Below are positions 1 to 9,599 of a DNA stretch of 64,000 nucleotides, piece after piece. The notes below the pieces were generated by a model. It was not told the DNA's origin. It searched no databases and saw only the letters and a program-made list of their open reading frames with translations. The translations under genes and the position numbers were made by a program. This DNA is from Verrucomicrobiota bacterium. GTDB lineage: Bacteria > Verrucomicrobiota > Verrucomicrobiia > Limisphaerales > BJHT01. Location of the stretch: positions 1,035 to 65,034 of the forward strand of contig BJHT01000005.1 of the NCBI GenBank assembly GCA_014193395.1, in the 5' to 3' direction. Positions within the stretch are counted from its first letter, which is position 1; every line of letters starts with the position of its first letter.

Positions 1-7
1 AGGTCAC

Positions 8-30
8 GGACGCGCGCAGCGCGTCCTTAC
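8..30 (-). repeat. REP-like unit (GTAA + 8-bp hairpin); partner probably outside the window
   Basis: ggacgcgc-gca-gcgcgtcc perfect stem followed by ttac (GTAA on minus). Confidence 0.5.
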
Positions 31-88
31 CAGCTCAAGCGTTGCGGCGAATGCCGCTCGGGCACGGGCCGTCCGGGACTGACCACTT

Positions 89-1492
89 ATGCTGGCATTC
101 CATGATTCTTCTGGCGCGCGTTCTTTGCTCAATCGCCGCGCGTTTCTGCGCGTTGGCGGGCTGGGGCTGGGCGGGTTGACGTTGAGCGATCTGTTCGCGG
201 CGAAGGCGCTGGCGCGCGCGCGGCGGCTGCCGTTGAAGGACAAGTCGGTGATTTTTCTCTTCATGCACGGCGGGCCGTCGCAGTTCGAGACGTTCGATCC
301 GAAGATGGACGCGCCGCGCGAAATCCGCAGCGCGACGGGCGAGATTCCCACGACAATCCCCGGCATCCGGTTCGGGAGCACGATGGAGAAATTGGCGCGG
401 CTGGCGCACAAGTTCAGCACGGTGCGGTCGTTTGCCACGGGCGATGCGAATCACGACATCAAGCCGATCGTGAGCCGCGAGACGCAGCGGGCGAACCTGG
501 GGTCCCTCTATTCGCGCATCGCCGGGCCGCTGCGGTCGGACACGGGGATGCCGACGAATGTGGCGTTGTTTCCGCGCGCGGTGCAGCCGGCGGCGGGGCC
601 GGCGATCACGCAGTTCGGCGACTTCAGCGCGACGGGGGATTTGGGGACGGCGTATGCGCCGTTCGTCCCGGGCGCGGGTGGCGGCTTGCAGCAGGACATG
701 AAGCTGAATCTGCCGACGGACCGGCTGAACGACCGGCGCGCGCTGCTGGCGGGGATCGATCAGTGGAAGCGCTGGGTGGACACGAGCGGCGTGGTCGAGG
801 GGTTGAGCGCGTTTCAGGAGCAAGCGTTCGAGGCGCTGATGGGCGGGGTGTCCGACGCGTTCGATATTTCCAAGGAAGACCCGCGCTTGGTCGCGCGCTA
901 CGACACAGCGCCGCTGGTGCCGCCGGACCGGATCAATCCGAAGTGGAATAATCGCAAGCATTACGCGGATCACGGCGCGACGCTGGGCAAGCTGCTGCTG
1001 ATGGCGCGGCGGCTGTGCGAGCGCGGCGCGGGCTTTGTCACGGTGAACACGAGCTTCGTCTGGGACATGCACGCGGACGCGAACAACGCGACGATCACAG
1101 AGGGCATGGGGTATGTCGGCACGCCGTTCGACCATGCGGTGGCGGCGTTCATCGAGGACGTCGAGGCGCGCGGGCTGCGCGACAAGATTCTGCTCGTGTG
1201 TTGCGGCGAGATGGGCCGCACGCCGCGCATCAACAAGAACGGCGGGCGGGATCACTGGGGCGGCCTCGCGCCGTTGCTGCTCTACGGCGGCGGCCTGCGG
1301 ATGGGCGCGGTGATCGGGCAATCCACGCGCGACGGCGGCGAACCGGCCGAGGATCGCGTGACGATGGCGGACCTGATGGCGACGATCATGCACACGATCC
1401 TGGACGTGGGCGAAGTGCGGCTGACGGACGGGCTGCCGAACAACCTGCTCGAGCTGGTCACGCGCGGGGGACCGATCAAGGGGCTGGTGTGA
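89..1492 (+). CDS. DUF1501 domain-containing protein (PVC-type, Tat-like N-terminus)
   Basis: NRRAFLRVG; KSVIFLFMHGGPSQFETFDPK; GEMGRTPRIN..GGRDHW motifs typical of DUF1501. Confidence 0.9.
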   Translation: MLAFHDSSGARSLLNRRAFLRVGGLGLGGLTLSDLFAAKALARARRLPLKDKSVIFLFMHGGPSQFETFDPKMDAPREIRSATGEIPTTIPGIRFGSTMEKLARLAHKFSTVRSFATGDANHDIKPIVSRETQRANLGSLYSRIAGPLRSDTGMPTNVALFPRAVQPAAGPAITQFGDFSATGDLGTAYAPFVPGAGGGLQQDMKLNLPTDRLNDRRALLAGIDQWKRWVDTSGVVEGLSAFQEQAFEALMGGVSDAFDISKEDPRLVARYDTAPLVPPDRINPKWNNRKHYADHGATLGKLLLMARRLCERGAGFVTVNTSFVWDMHADANNATITEGMGYVGTPFDHAVAAFIEDVEARGLRDKILLVCCGEMGRTPRINKNGGRDHWGGLAPLLLYGGGLRMGAVIGQSTRDGGEPAEDRVTMADLMATIMHTILDVGEVRLTDGLPNNLLELVTRGGPIKGLV

Positions 1493-1560
1493 GGGGCGCG
1501 CTGGGGTGTCGGGGTGAGAGAGTGTGAGTGTGAGGGAGGAGCGGCAAAGACCGCAAACCA

Positions 1561-2424
1561 TCACGCTTGCTGACGGGCGCGTTCCATCGCCGCGGCGATT
1601 TCGCGTTCCATCACGGGCAAGGGATTGAGCCAGGTCAGCGGGTCGCTGACGGCGGTGACGCGGTTCGTTTTGGGATCCCAATGCACCGGGCCGAAACGCG
1701 CGGGCGCAGGCCGGTCGCGCAGCAGGTGGCCCATCGCGTCGTCCTTGTTGAAATGCCAGAACTCGAAGGGGAAATGGATGAAGCCGTGAGCCTCGACCAT
1801 GGCGGTGATTTCCAGGCGATTGCGGAGCGCGTCGGGTGTGATGAACGGCGAGCGCATGGGCGTGTTCTCGCTCATCTCCAGATAGGGAAATCCGCGCCAG
1901 ACCTCGGAGCCGTCGTCGCGGCGGAACACGGAAACGTCGATGGCTGACCCGGACATGTGCGTGCCGATCTTGGGGATGTTGGCGACGAGCACGAGCGCGC
2001 GGCGCGCGACCATCTCGACCGGCGGCAGGGTGCCGCCATTTTCCCAGATGCACTTGCGGACGATGGCATCGAAAACCTCAGGCTTGCGCACCAACTGGCC
2101 CTGCATCTCGAGCGACCGAAAGGCGTCCTCGATTTTCAAAATCCACCCGCGCGCATTCATGTCGCGGCCCACGTTCACCACGTCACGCACCAGGCTTTCG
2201 CGCATGTAAAACACGCGGTCGAGTCCACCGGCGATCTTGGTCGTGGAGAAAAGCATCTCGACGCCGGCGGCACGCGCGGCGTCCGGCAGCGAGGCGAAAC
2301 CTTCCCCACACTCGCGCACCTCGAAGGGCAGGATTCTCTGCACAAAGTCATAACCGAGCTGCATCTGCTCGGCCCAGTAGGCGCGGCGCGCGGCTTCGTC
2401 GTGGGGGATTTGAGTGGTGTTCAT
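1561..2424 (-). CDS. M15 family D-Ala-D-Ala dipeptidase-like metallopeptidase (VanX/DdpX-like)
   Basis: IEDAFRS..MQ, THMSGSAID (SxHxxGxAxD-like) and EFWHF zinc-ligand motifs; no signal peptide. Confidence 0.8.
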   Translation of the reverse strand: MNTTQIPHDEAARRAYWAEQMQLGYDFVQRILPFEVRECGEGFASLPDAARAAGVEMLFSTTKIAGGLDRVFYMRESLVRDVVNVGRDMNARGWILKIEDAFRSLEMQGQLVRKPEVFDAIVRKCIWENGGTLPPVEMVARRALVLVANIPKIGTHMSGSAIDVSVFRRDDGSEVWRGFPYLEMSENTPMRSPFITPDALRNRLEITAMVEAHGFIHFPFEFWHFNKDDAMGHLLRDRPAPARFGPVHWDPKTNRVTAVSDPLTWLNPLPVMEREIAAAMERARQQA

Positions 2425-2469
2425 AGGGTGGGTTTTTGGGAAATAAGCAACAGACTGCTTGAAAACCCG

Positions 2470-2541
2470 GTTTGGAGTTCCGCGTTTACGCGGCTCGGGC
2501 CTCGTGCGACAAGCGGGCCGCGCAAACGCGGAACTCCAAAC
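2470..2541. repeat. GGAG-type REP doublet (inverted pair)
   Basis: gtttggagttccgcgtttacgcggc (2470-2494) vs gccgcgcaaacgcggaactccaaac (2517-2541); each arm has its own ccgcg..cgcgg hairpin. Confidence 0.85.
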
Positions 2542-2596
2542 TCAGTCCACCGCAGCTCAAAGGATTTTTCCAAACGGTTCATAGATTGCTTTGGTG

Positions 2597-3688
2597 TCAC
2601 GGCTTCAACTTCAGCTCCACCAGATAGATGGCCGTAATAGCCTTCCCCGCCGCATCCTTCTCATGACTTGAATAGTAGGAAACGAGAGCGCGCGTAGGAG
2701 AGAGGGTTACGAAGCCGGGATAGGAGTTGTCGCCTTCGCTGGGGAATTCGGCGAACTCTTGTAACCCATCACCCACGAGCCAGCAGAGCGAGGTCTTCGG
2801 GCCGCGGTCGGTCGTGGTCTTGCGCCCGCCGACGATGGTGTGTTCGCCCCAGCGCGCGAGCAGGGGACCGCCGATGTGGCGGTCGAGGTCTTTGCGATCC
2901 CATTCGAGGTAGGGCGGGCGGGAGCGGTAGAGACGCGCGTTTTTGCGTCCGCCGTGCCGACCGACGGCGAGGACAGAACCGTCTTTCTCGAAGAGGAACG
3001 CGGTCTCGTCACCGGCGGACTCCGCGAAGAAGGCACGCTTTTTCCAGATCAGGCCGTCGTCGCTTTCGAGCATGAGCGCCTGAACCTTTTCACCTTCGCC
3101 CCGGGCATTGATGTCGAAGTCAGGGTAGCGACGACCGCAGAGATAAGCTCGGTCGCCGAAAGTTGCCGCACGCCAGATGTAATGACCGAAGGTGCCTTCG
3201 AGCAGCACGGGGCTATTCCACGCGGTGCCGTCATCGGACCACGCGGCGTAGCCGAGATGCTTGTTTACGTCCCATTCCGTCCGCGGGAGAGGTTTCCCGC
3301 CGGTCCACCAAGTGCCGGAGTAAACGAAGAGCCGGTCGCGGAAGATGAGAAAGTGCGGATCGCGCGTGTCGCGGTCCTTCACGGCGAAACGATGCGCCGG
3401 CTCCCAAGTGGCGCCTTCGTCCTTGCTGCGGAGAATGATCACCGAGGCGGTCGAAAAGACGCCGTGGCCGTCCGGGCAACTGCGGAAGGTGAGGTAGAGA
3501 TGGCCTCGAAACCGGCAGAGGTCGGTGAAGGCGTTGTGCTCGCCATTGTGAAAGGCGCGCCGCACTGGACTGACAGTGACCTGCGGGGGCGGGGCGGCGA
3601 CGGCAGTCAGGGCCACAGCCGCGAAAACCAGCAGCGCCGAAGAGAGCCGCACCAAGGAAGCAATGGAGAGCATACGCATAGGATTCAT
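2597..3688 (-). CDS. Secreted BNR/Asp-box beta-propeller (exo-sialidase-like) protein
   Basis: Signal peptide after MNPMRML; Asp-boxes SKDEGATW, SDDGTAW, SDDGLIW; GDNSYPG. Start 3688 preferred over 3793, which lies inside a repeat. Confidence 0.75.
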   Translation of the reverse strand: MNPMRMLSIASLVRLSSALLVFAAVALTAVAAPPPQVTVSPVRRAFHNGEHNAFTDLCRFRGHLYLTFRSCPDGHGVFSTASVIILRSKDEGATWEPAHRFAVKDRDTRDPHFLIFRDRLFVYSGTWWTGGKPLPRTEWDVNKHLGYAAWSDDGTAWNSPVLLEGTFGHYIWRAATFGDRAYLCGRRYPDFDINARGEGEKVQALMLESDDGLIWKKRAFFAESAGDETAFLFEKDGSVLAVGRHGGRKNARLYRSRPPYLEWDRKDLDRHIGGPLLARWGEHTIVGGRKTTTDRGPKTSLCWLVGDGLQEFAEFPSEGDNSYPGFVTLSPTRALVSYYSSHEKDAAGKAITAIYLVELKLKP

Positions 3689-3759
3689 GGGGTGAGTCTG
3701 ACTCAAGGTTGCTTTGGTGTCATGCCAATACACTCGCAGAGGAGGCGCATTCCAGGAGA

Positions 3760-3993
3760 TACCAATCTCTGCGAAAGTCCGTGCCGTACGCACCGGGACC
3801 TCTGGCTCCCTCTCCTCCGTTCGGAACGGAGGAGAGGGTTGGGGAGAGGAGGGACTTCGCCATGACGAGACCGCACCGAAGAGTGGGGCACCCCTCTCCC
3901 CGGCCGTCCCCCCGTTCGTGCCTCACGGGCCGAGCGAGATGGACGCGTTTCTCGTGTTGGCGACTCCGGCACGAACTTTTGCAGCGGTTGATA
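3760..3993. mobile_element. MITE-like element with 26-bp imperfect TIRs beginning and ending in TA, carrying internal CCCTCTCC hairpins
   Basis: taccaatctctgcgaaagtccgtgcc (3760-3785) vs revcomp of 3968-3993 tatcaaccgctgcaaaagttcgtgcc, 21/26; internal perfect 15-bp inverted repeat 3808-3838. Confidence 0.65.
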
Positions 3994-3994
3994 G

Positions 3995-5398
3995 CTACCG
4001 CGCAGGCTTGCCATCACCCACCAACTCGCGAATCCGCACCACCGCTTCATTTATCAGCCTCTCGCCCGCGTCCGCGGCCAGGAAGCTACACTCGGCTGCG
4101 CCGTAGCCGCCCTCTTTCACAGCCTGCGCGGTCGGAATGTACACCACGAACGGCGTGCCCCGTCCGTGATACGCAAGGCCAAGGATGAACGTGTTGGGAA
4201 TGGGTGACTTAGCAGTAAGATCAAGCTGGTGTTGGATGAAAGGTTCGCCGGGGATGGCCACCAAGGCAAGGTCCTGATTGATGACAACGGTCAGCAACCC
4301 AACATCGGTAGTCTGGGTGCCATTTCGGTGCGGGAGGGCCAGGAGACTCTCTTTCACCCGGAGGCTGGGACGGAGAGTATCGGACTGTGGCTTGAGAGTT
4401 GCGGCCACGCGCAGCGCACCTTTGGCCAGGGAAATACCGGCCTGTCGGGAGATATTGAAGCGATTTTCACCGCGGAGATTGTGCAGGTCATAGGGATCAA
4501 GGTCGCCCGACGCGCCTTGCAGAAACATGGCCATGCAGTCACTGCCGAGTTCCTGTTCGAGATAGTCCACCATGGCTCCGGGATAGTCTCGCGAGACTAC
4601 TCCGGCACCCATGAGCGCGACCGGGTGACACGCATACTGCACGGCGAAGGCGCGTGGCTTGCCCGACAAGTCATCGACCCGCAGCACGCCGACAGTCGGA
4701 TCGACGGGTTGGGTTGGCCGGCGGTCGGGGTTTTCCCACAACGGCAGGACACGGTCGGGTCGGACCAGCCGCCGGTTGTGGGCCATGTAGGCGCTCTCCA
4801 ACGATCCCTTCCCGGAGACCAGGCGCGCAGGGAAGAGACTCTTCATCGCCTTGCCGATGGCGGCGACCACCTTGTCCTCAGTCGCGGCATACCACGGGTC
4901 CGCCGAGAGACCGGGCCAATCGACGGCGACGCCCGGGCCTTTGGGGCTGCGCGTCCAGTCCGGCGCGGCGGGCGGCTTGATATAAAGTCCTCGTGGTGCC
5001 ATGGCGGCATGGGTGTGGGTGGCGCAGAGGATCACCTGATCGACGCCCCATCTGGCCTTCGCCTCGGCGATCACCTTCTGCGACGCAAAGACTATTAAAT
5101 CCAGCGAGACAATCGCCACGGACTGAGTCTCACTCTTGAGGATAAGCACGCGCGCATAGAGCGGGTCACGCAGGCGCAGCGGCTGGCCCAGGAGATTCAC
5201 CGCCTCCTGTTCCGTCGGAGTTATCTCAACCTTGGCAGTTCCGGCTAAGAAGGTAGGTGCCGAGGCGGGGGCGGCGGAAATACTGAGCACTGAAATCAGC
5301 GAGAATAGGATAATAGAAAGAGCGGTAACTGGTAGGTGTGTTGTCAGTTGAGACTTCATGCGGGTGTTGTGGTCACCGGTGTGCTCGGGATATGTCAT
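3995..5398 (-). CDS. Neutral/alkaline ceramidase N-terminal-like amidohydrolase, secreted
   Basis: ATHTHAA, YACHP, SRDYPG, FLQGASGD, IPGEPF, GGYGA motifs; start 5398 (MTY) or 5359. Confidence 0.75.
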   Translation of the reverse strand: MTYPEHTGDHNTRMKSQLTTHLPVTALSIILFSLISVLSISAAPASAPTFLAGTAKVEITPTEQEAVNLLGQPLRLRDPLYARVLILKSETQSVAIVSLDLIVFASQKVIAEAKARWGVDQVILCATHTHAAMAPRGLYIKPPAAPDWTRSPKGPGVAVDWPGLSADPWYAATEDKVVAAIGKAMKSLFPARLVSGKGSLESAYMAHNRRLVRPDRVLPLWENPDRRPTQPVDPTVGVLRVDDLSGKPRAFAVQYACHPVALMGAGVVSRDYPGAMVDYLEQELGSDCMAMFLQGASGDLDPYDLHNLRGENRFNISRQAGISLAKGALRVAATLKPQSDTLRPSLRVKESLLALPHRNGTQTTDVGLLTVVINQDLALVAIPGEPFIQHQLDLTAKSPIPNTFILGLAYHGRGTPFVVYIPTAQAVKEGGYGAAECSFLAADAGERLINEAVVRIRELVGDGKPAR

Positions 5399-5416
5399 AG
5401 GTGCTAGCGGAAACTT

Positions 5417-5572
5417 GGGTGGCACAGGCTACCAGCCTGTGCCGTCTGGCGACTCGCCGGACGGAATGGGTGTGACGATGTTTTGGCGCAAGCGCGCCGG
5501 ATCGTATGAACATCTCCCTCCATTCCACCGGGCCAGTGGCCCGGCGGCACAGGCGGGTCGCCCGTGCCACCC
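5417..5572. repeat. GTGG-type double-hairpin REP doublet
   Basis: gggtggcacaggctaccagcctgtgcc...ggaatgg vs ccattcc...ggcacaggcgggtcgcccgtgccaccc. Confidence 0.8.
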
Positions 5573-5612
5573 GCCGACTATGATATGTCTGCCCTGATAA
5601 GTCATAGCTGCC

Positions 5613-6965
5613 TCACTTCTTCAAAGCCGCGGCTGTCTCTTGATGCTGCGCCCACGAGGCCTGCTGCAATTCCCTGGCGACCTCGGCGGGAATAGCGGCG
5701 GGTGCGGCGAGTCCGATGGGACTGCGCCCGGTCAACACACTGTAAATCCCACAGGCGTAGAGATAGGAACCTCGAAGACCGGGGTGCATTTTATCCTGGG
5801 CAAAGAGACTCTCCATTCGCTCGGCAGATGGTTGAGCGCCGAAGTATTTCGTGTAGGCCGGACTGGCATCCACGATGGGGACCGTGAGTTCCCTGCCCAT
5901 GTCCAAGTGCAGGCGATGCTGTCGCTCGAACCCCGCCGGATAGTCTCTGAGAATCGAAGCCGTCCCGAACAGCAGCGTCCGGGCACCGCTGCTTTTGATC
6001 AGTTCATGAAACTGCCGTGCGTACGGTTGAAAGGCGGCGGACTCGACATAGTAAATGTCCTGCAACACCACGAAATCCCAGCCGCCGCCGGCAATCATCC
6101 CGCGCGCCGTATTGGTCCCGACCCCCAGCTCCCAATGACTGCGCAAGGTGGCACCGCCTTTGATGCAGCCGGTGATATGAATGGCCGGGGCACTCCGGTC
6201 CGACTCCGCGAGGTTTTCGATCAGGCGGTTGCTCACGAGGAGCGGGCATTGGCTGTTGCCGATCATCAGTACGCGCAGCGGTTTCTTCGGCACCGGGAGC
6301 AGCGTCTCGATGGCTTGCGCCACCTGCTTCGACTGCAAGGCCGTGCCCTCGGCGGTGTAATGCACGCCGCCGCCGTCCCACAGCGGCTTGGAATGCTTCG
6401 CGACCAGGGAGTAAAGATCGTTCACCGCGATGCCCGCTCGGGCGATGTGTTCGGCGGCAATCTGGTTGCGCTCGATCACGTTCCGGTCCGGCGCGCCGTC
6501 CTTTTGCTGGCAGGGCGTGGTGGTGGCCCAGACCAGTTTCGCTCCCGGCGCATAGCGTTGCAGGGTGGCGAGGACATCTGCGAAGCCGGATCGGAAACCC
6601 GCCACGCCGCCGTGCAGGCCGTAGTTGAAATGGACCACGGCGTAGGCGTTTTGCCGGAGCACCAGTTTGATCTCATCCAGCAACGCCGGATCGCCCACCG
6701 CCTTCGAGGTGCCCAGCACCGAAACGTAGGCGCGATCCTTGAGCGCGGCACCCACCTCGGCAGCGTAGCGGACGGTAATCGAATCGCCGATCAACAACAC
6801 CAGCGGCAGCACCGGACCGTTGGGCGGCCGGGTCTTGATGGTGATGGTACACCAGTCGTGCGCCTCGCGTGGGAGGGGGTAGTCGTAGCGGTCCTCGGCA
6901 GGGAAGGGTGCGGCGGCGGAAACAAACGTAAGCAACCCGACGAAAAGGAGCAGGCACCGGATCAT
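5613..6965 (-). CDS. Secreted tandem SGNH/GDSL hydrolase (two domains)
   Basis: LIGDSIT..NYGLHG..GVHY and IGNSQ..VVLQD..DKMHP; signal peptide from MIRCLLL (alternative start 7061). Confidence 0.85.
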   Translation of the reverse strand: MIRCLLLFVGLLTFVSAAAPFPAEDRYDYPLPREAHDWCTITIKTRPPNGPVLPLVLLIGDSITVRYAAEVGAALKDRAYVSVLGTSKAVGDPALLDEIKLVLRQNAYAVVHFNYGLHGGVAGFRSGFADVLATLQRYAPGAKLVWATTTPCQQKDGAPDRNVIERNQIAAEHIARAGIAVNDLYSLVAKHSKPLWDGGGVHYTAEGTALQSKQVAQAIETLLPVPKKPLRVLMIGNSQCPLLVSNRLIENLAESDRSAPAIHITGCIKGGATLRSHWELGVGTNTARGMIAGGGWDFVVLQDIYYVESAAFQPYARQFHELIKSSGARTLLFGTASILRDYPAGFERQHRLHLDMGRELTVPIVDASPAYTKYFGAQPSAERMESLFAQDKMHPGLRGSYLYACGIYSVLTGRSPIGLAAPAAIPAEVARELQQASWAQHQETAAALKK

Positions 6966-7117
6966 GGTTTGGATATTTTGAAGTTTCGGCAACTTGCCAC
7001 ATGACTGCGTTGGGTCAGCGGGTTGTCCGCGGAGAGTGTCCGTGATGGCATGATGCTTCAATTCCTACTTTTGCCCATTGGCAATCTTCGCGAATGCTGC
7101 GGGGTCGGCGGGTTGGC

Positions 7118-9211
7118 CTACTTCAGCACCTCCGCCAGCCATTCGTAGGCGGCCGTCCGCTCGGCTTCGGGGAAATCGTGCGGCGCGTCGGGGGTGGCGA
7201 GCCGCAGGCGCCCGGGCGCGTCAAACAGCGCATAGACTTCCGCGGCCTTTGCAAACGCCTTGCGCACGCCGCGGATGTCGAAGTTGCTGTCCCGAAGCGG
7301 CGAGTTGGAAAAGAAGCCACGCGGCGCAAGCGCTCCGAGGACTTCGTAAAAATCAAACGGCAGGTTGTCGGCATTGTTCCCGAACACGTCCCGAATCCGC
7401 GGCATGTAGCGGTCGCTGGTCCATCCGGCAACGCGCCCGCCGTAGTAATCGTGGAACGGAGTGAAACCGCAGCTCGAAACGACGGCCTTAAGCCGCTCGT
7501 CGAACACGGCGGTGAACAGCGAGTTGTGCCCGCCAAGGGAATGGCCGATCACGCCGAGACGGCGCGGGTCCACCTCGGGCAGCGATTCGAGCAGATCGAC
7601 CGCGCGAATATTATTCCAGATCGCCTTCATGGAGCCGCTGCCGTAATGCGCGCCCTGCTTCTTGAAATCATAGGGATACTCGCCGAAGGACGGATAATCG
7701 GGCACGAGGCAGACGAAGCCGCGCTCGGCCAGTTCGTGCGCGTAGTGCAGCGACGGCAGGCCGCCGAGGCCCGCCGGCTCGTTCTTCCCGATGCCGGTGG
7801 TCTGGTGGAGACAGAGCATGCCCGGAGCTTTGCCGCCATCCGCGAGGGCATCGGGAATCAGCAACCACGCCGGCACGCGGTCCCCGGTCTCGGGCGTGAA
7901 CCGCACCTTGCGCCGCCGGTATTTCTCCATGCACTCCTCGAACACAGTCTCGACGCCGAGCGGCACGCGGCGCGCGGCCTCGGGCAACGGCCCCATGGCC
8001 TGCTGCATCCCGGCGCGAATCTGCGCGACCCGCTCCGCCCACTCGGCCTTGGTTTTCACCGTCCGTGGCAGGCCATTTGCGTCCTCGAACTCGAGCAGCT
8101 GCGAACGATCCAGACAGCGCCCCCAGGGTCCCGGCTCGAACGACCCGACGGGAAACCCGGCCGCATACGAAATCACCCACTCCCCGTTCGGCGTGCGATA
8201 CCGAATCTGTTCGCCCCGTTCAAAATCCGTGGCCCCGACCCGTCGGCGCGCCGTCGGACCATCAGGCCGCAGATACTTCTCTGCCGCCGCCAAGACGATG
8301 TCCGTAGTGCCAAAGAAGTGACCGGCGGTCTTGTGAACCTTGCCGTCCACGTCGGCCTTCGTGATGTACTTCGCCTCCACGTCGAGCCCCACGCGCTTCA
8401 TCGCTTCCACCATTTCCACCGCGTCGGCGTAAGGGCAGACCGTGTCTTCGGCCCCGTGAATCACGACCACTTTGGCGCGCGCCCCGAGCTGTCTCATGGT
8501 GGCAAGATGGACGGGATGCCCGACAAACCGAAGCTCCTGCTCGTCGGCGGTAAGATAGTTCCGGCTGCGCGGATCACGGCTCCAGCGGGCATTGAGCGAA
8601 CTGCCGCCCGGGAGATTGAAAGCAATGTCATCCGAGAGCTTTTTCATCCCGCACATGTCCACCACGCAGGCGAAGGTGCGGGGCGCGAGCTTGTTCGCCA
8701 TCAGTGTCACATTGCCGCCGCCGGAACCGCCGGTGCAAAAAATCCGGTCGTCGGCAAACGGCCTGCCCTGCGCGGCGAGCCGGTCGCGCACCCACCACAA
8801 GGCGCGCAAGGCATCCAGCGCCTGCAGGTAGCCGAAATCATACGGCTCCGGCGCGTCAATCGAGTCCGCCTTGCCGCTCTGGAGGTAGTTCACGCAGACC
8901 GCGACCACGTTCAGCCGCTGCGCCAGCACCCGCGGATCGGCCGTCCCCACGCAATCGCTGCCGCCCCAATTGTGCAGCGTAAGCATGAGACCCGTCGCCG
9001 CATTCACGCCGTCCAGCGCGCCACCGGGATAATGCACCAGCACCCGCACGCGCCGCGGCCCAGGCCGTTGCGGCCACTCCTGCGCCGGTAACTCGGCCGC
9101 AGCATCCTTTGCGGGAAGCTCCGGCCATTCCGCCGCAGCGAGCGCCCCCGACGCGAGCAAGACCGAAAGACAGAAGGACAGTGACAAGGCGGAATAGCGT
9201 AGAAGTGTCAT
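7118..9211 (-). CDS. Secreted double alpha/beta-hydrolase (DUF2920-like + acetylxylan-esterase/Abhydrolase_7-like)
   Basis: Two nucleophile elbows GGSGGG and GHSLGG; signal peptide. Confidence 0.8.
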   Translation of the reverse strand: MTLLRYSALSLSFCLSVLLASGALAAAEWPELPAKDAAAELPAQEWPQRPGPRRVRVLVHYPGGALDGVNAATGLMLTLHNWGGSDCVGTADPRVLAQRLNVVAVCVNYLQSGKADSIDAPEPYDFGYLQALDALRALWWVRDRLAAQGRPFADDRIFCTGGSGGGNVTLMANKLAPRTFACVVDMCGMKKLSDDIAFNLPGGSSLNARWSRDPRSRNYLTADEQELRFVGHPVHLATMRQLGARAKVVVIHGAEDTVCPYADAVEMVEAMKRVGLDVEAKYITKADVDGKVHKTAGHFFGTTDIVLAAAEKYLRPDGPTARRRVGATDFERGEQIRYRTPNGEWVISYAAGFPVGSFEPGPWGRCLDRSQLLEFEDANGLPRTVKTKAEWAERVAQIRAGMQQAMGPLPEAARRVPLGVETVFEECMEKYRRRKVRFTPETGDRVPAWLLIPDALADGGKAPGMLCLHQTTGIGKNEPAGLGGLPSLHYAHELAERGFVCLVPDYPSFGEYPYDFKKQGAHYGSGSMKAIWNNIRAVDLLESLPEVDPRRLGVIGHSLGGHNSLFTAVFDERLKAVVSSCGFTPFHDYYGGRVAGWTSDRYMPRIRDVFGNNADNLPFDFYEVLGALAPRGFFSNSPLRDSNFDIRGVRKAFAKAAEVYALFDAPGRLRLATPDAPHDFPEAERTAAYEWLAEVLK

Positions 9212-9367
9212 GGTAAGGATGCCGGCACCGGCCGTGCAAAAGGCGCGACTTAGTCGTGACTGTTCATTCGAGCGGCTTCAGATGAACCACGGAGCGCGGG
9301 GGAGGGCAAGAGTGGCTGCAATACTTTGCCAGCCTCCGGAGTGAGTACGCGGAGGGTGCGCATCCCC

Positions 9368-9479
9368 CCTGCCCTCTCTGCGTCTCTTCCCATCTCTGCG
9401 GTGTAATCAGGAAACGCTCCGATCGTAGGGGCGCGGAGTGGAACACCGCAGAGATCGGAAGGGACGCAGAGAGGGCAGG
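9368..9479. repeat. CGCAGAG-family inverted repeat, copy 1
   Basis: cctgccctctctgcgtctcttcccatctctgcggtgt / acaccgcagagatcggaagggacgcagagagggcagg. Confidence 0.85.
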
Positions 9480-9599
9480 AGCCGATGGGAGCGCCCCACA
9501 ATCGCACGGCAGACGGCCACGCTCCTGAGATACCCCCGGCATGACTCCCGCATAGGTTATTGACTGCCCTAACCACCCGCCGTGCGCTGCAAACGTGCC

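Noticed and set aside
1514-1540. gtgagagagtgtgagtgtgag tract
   Set aside because: Too short and has no inverted partner.
35-2053. 672-aa minus ORF and similar long overlapping ORFs (7094-9091, 22230-24506, 37283-38665, 43345-45909)
   Set aside because: Antisense or off-frame to genes with clear family motifs; typical GC-rich artefacts.
1561-2424. Vancomycin resistance locus
   Set aside because: No vanH/vanA/vanRS genes in the window.
2452-2580. Possible outer IS-like TIRs (agactgcttgaaaa / tttttccaaacggt)
   Set aside because: Too degenerate to call as a feature; mentioned only as weak support for nesting.
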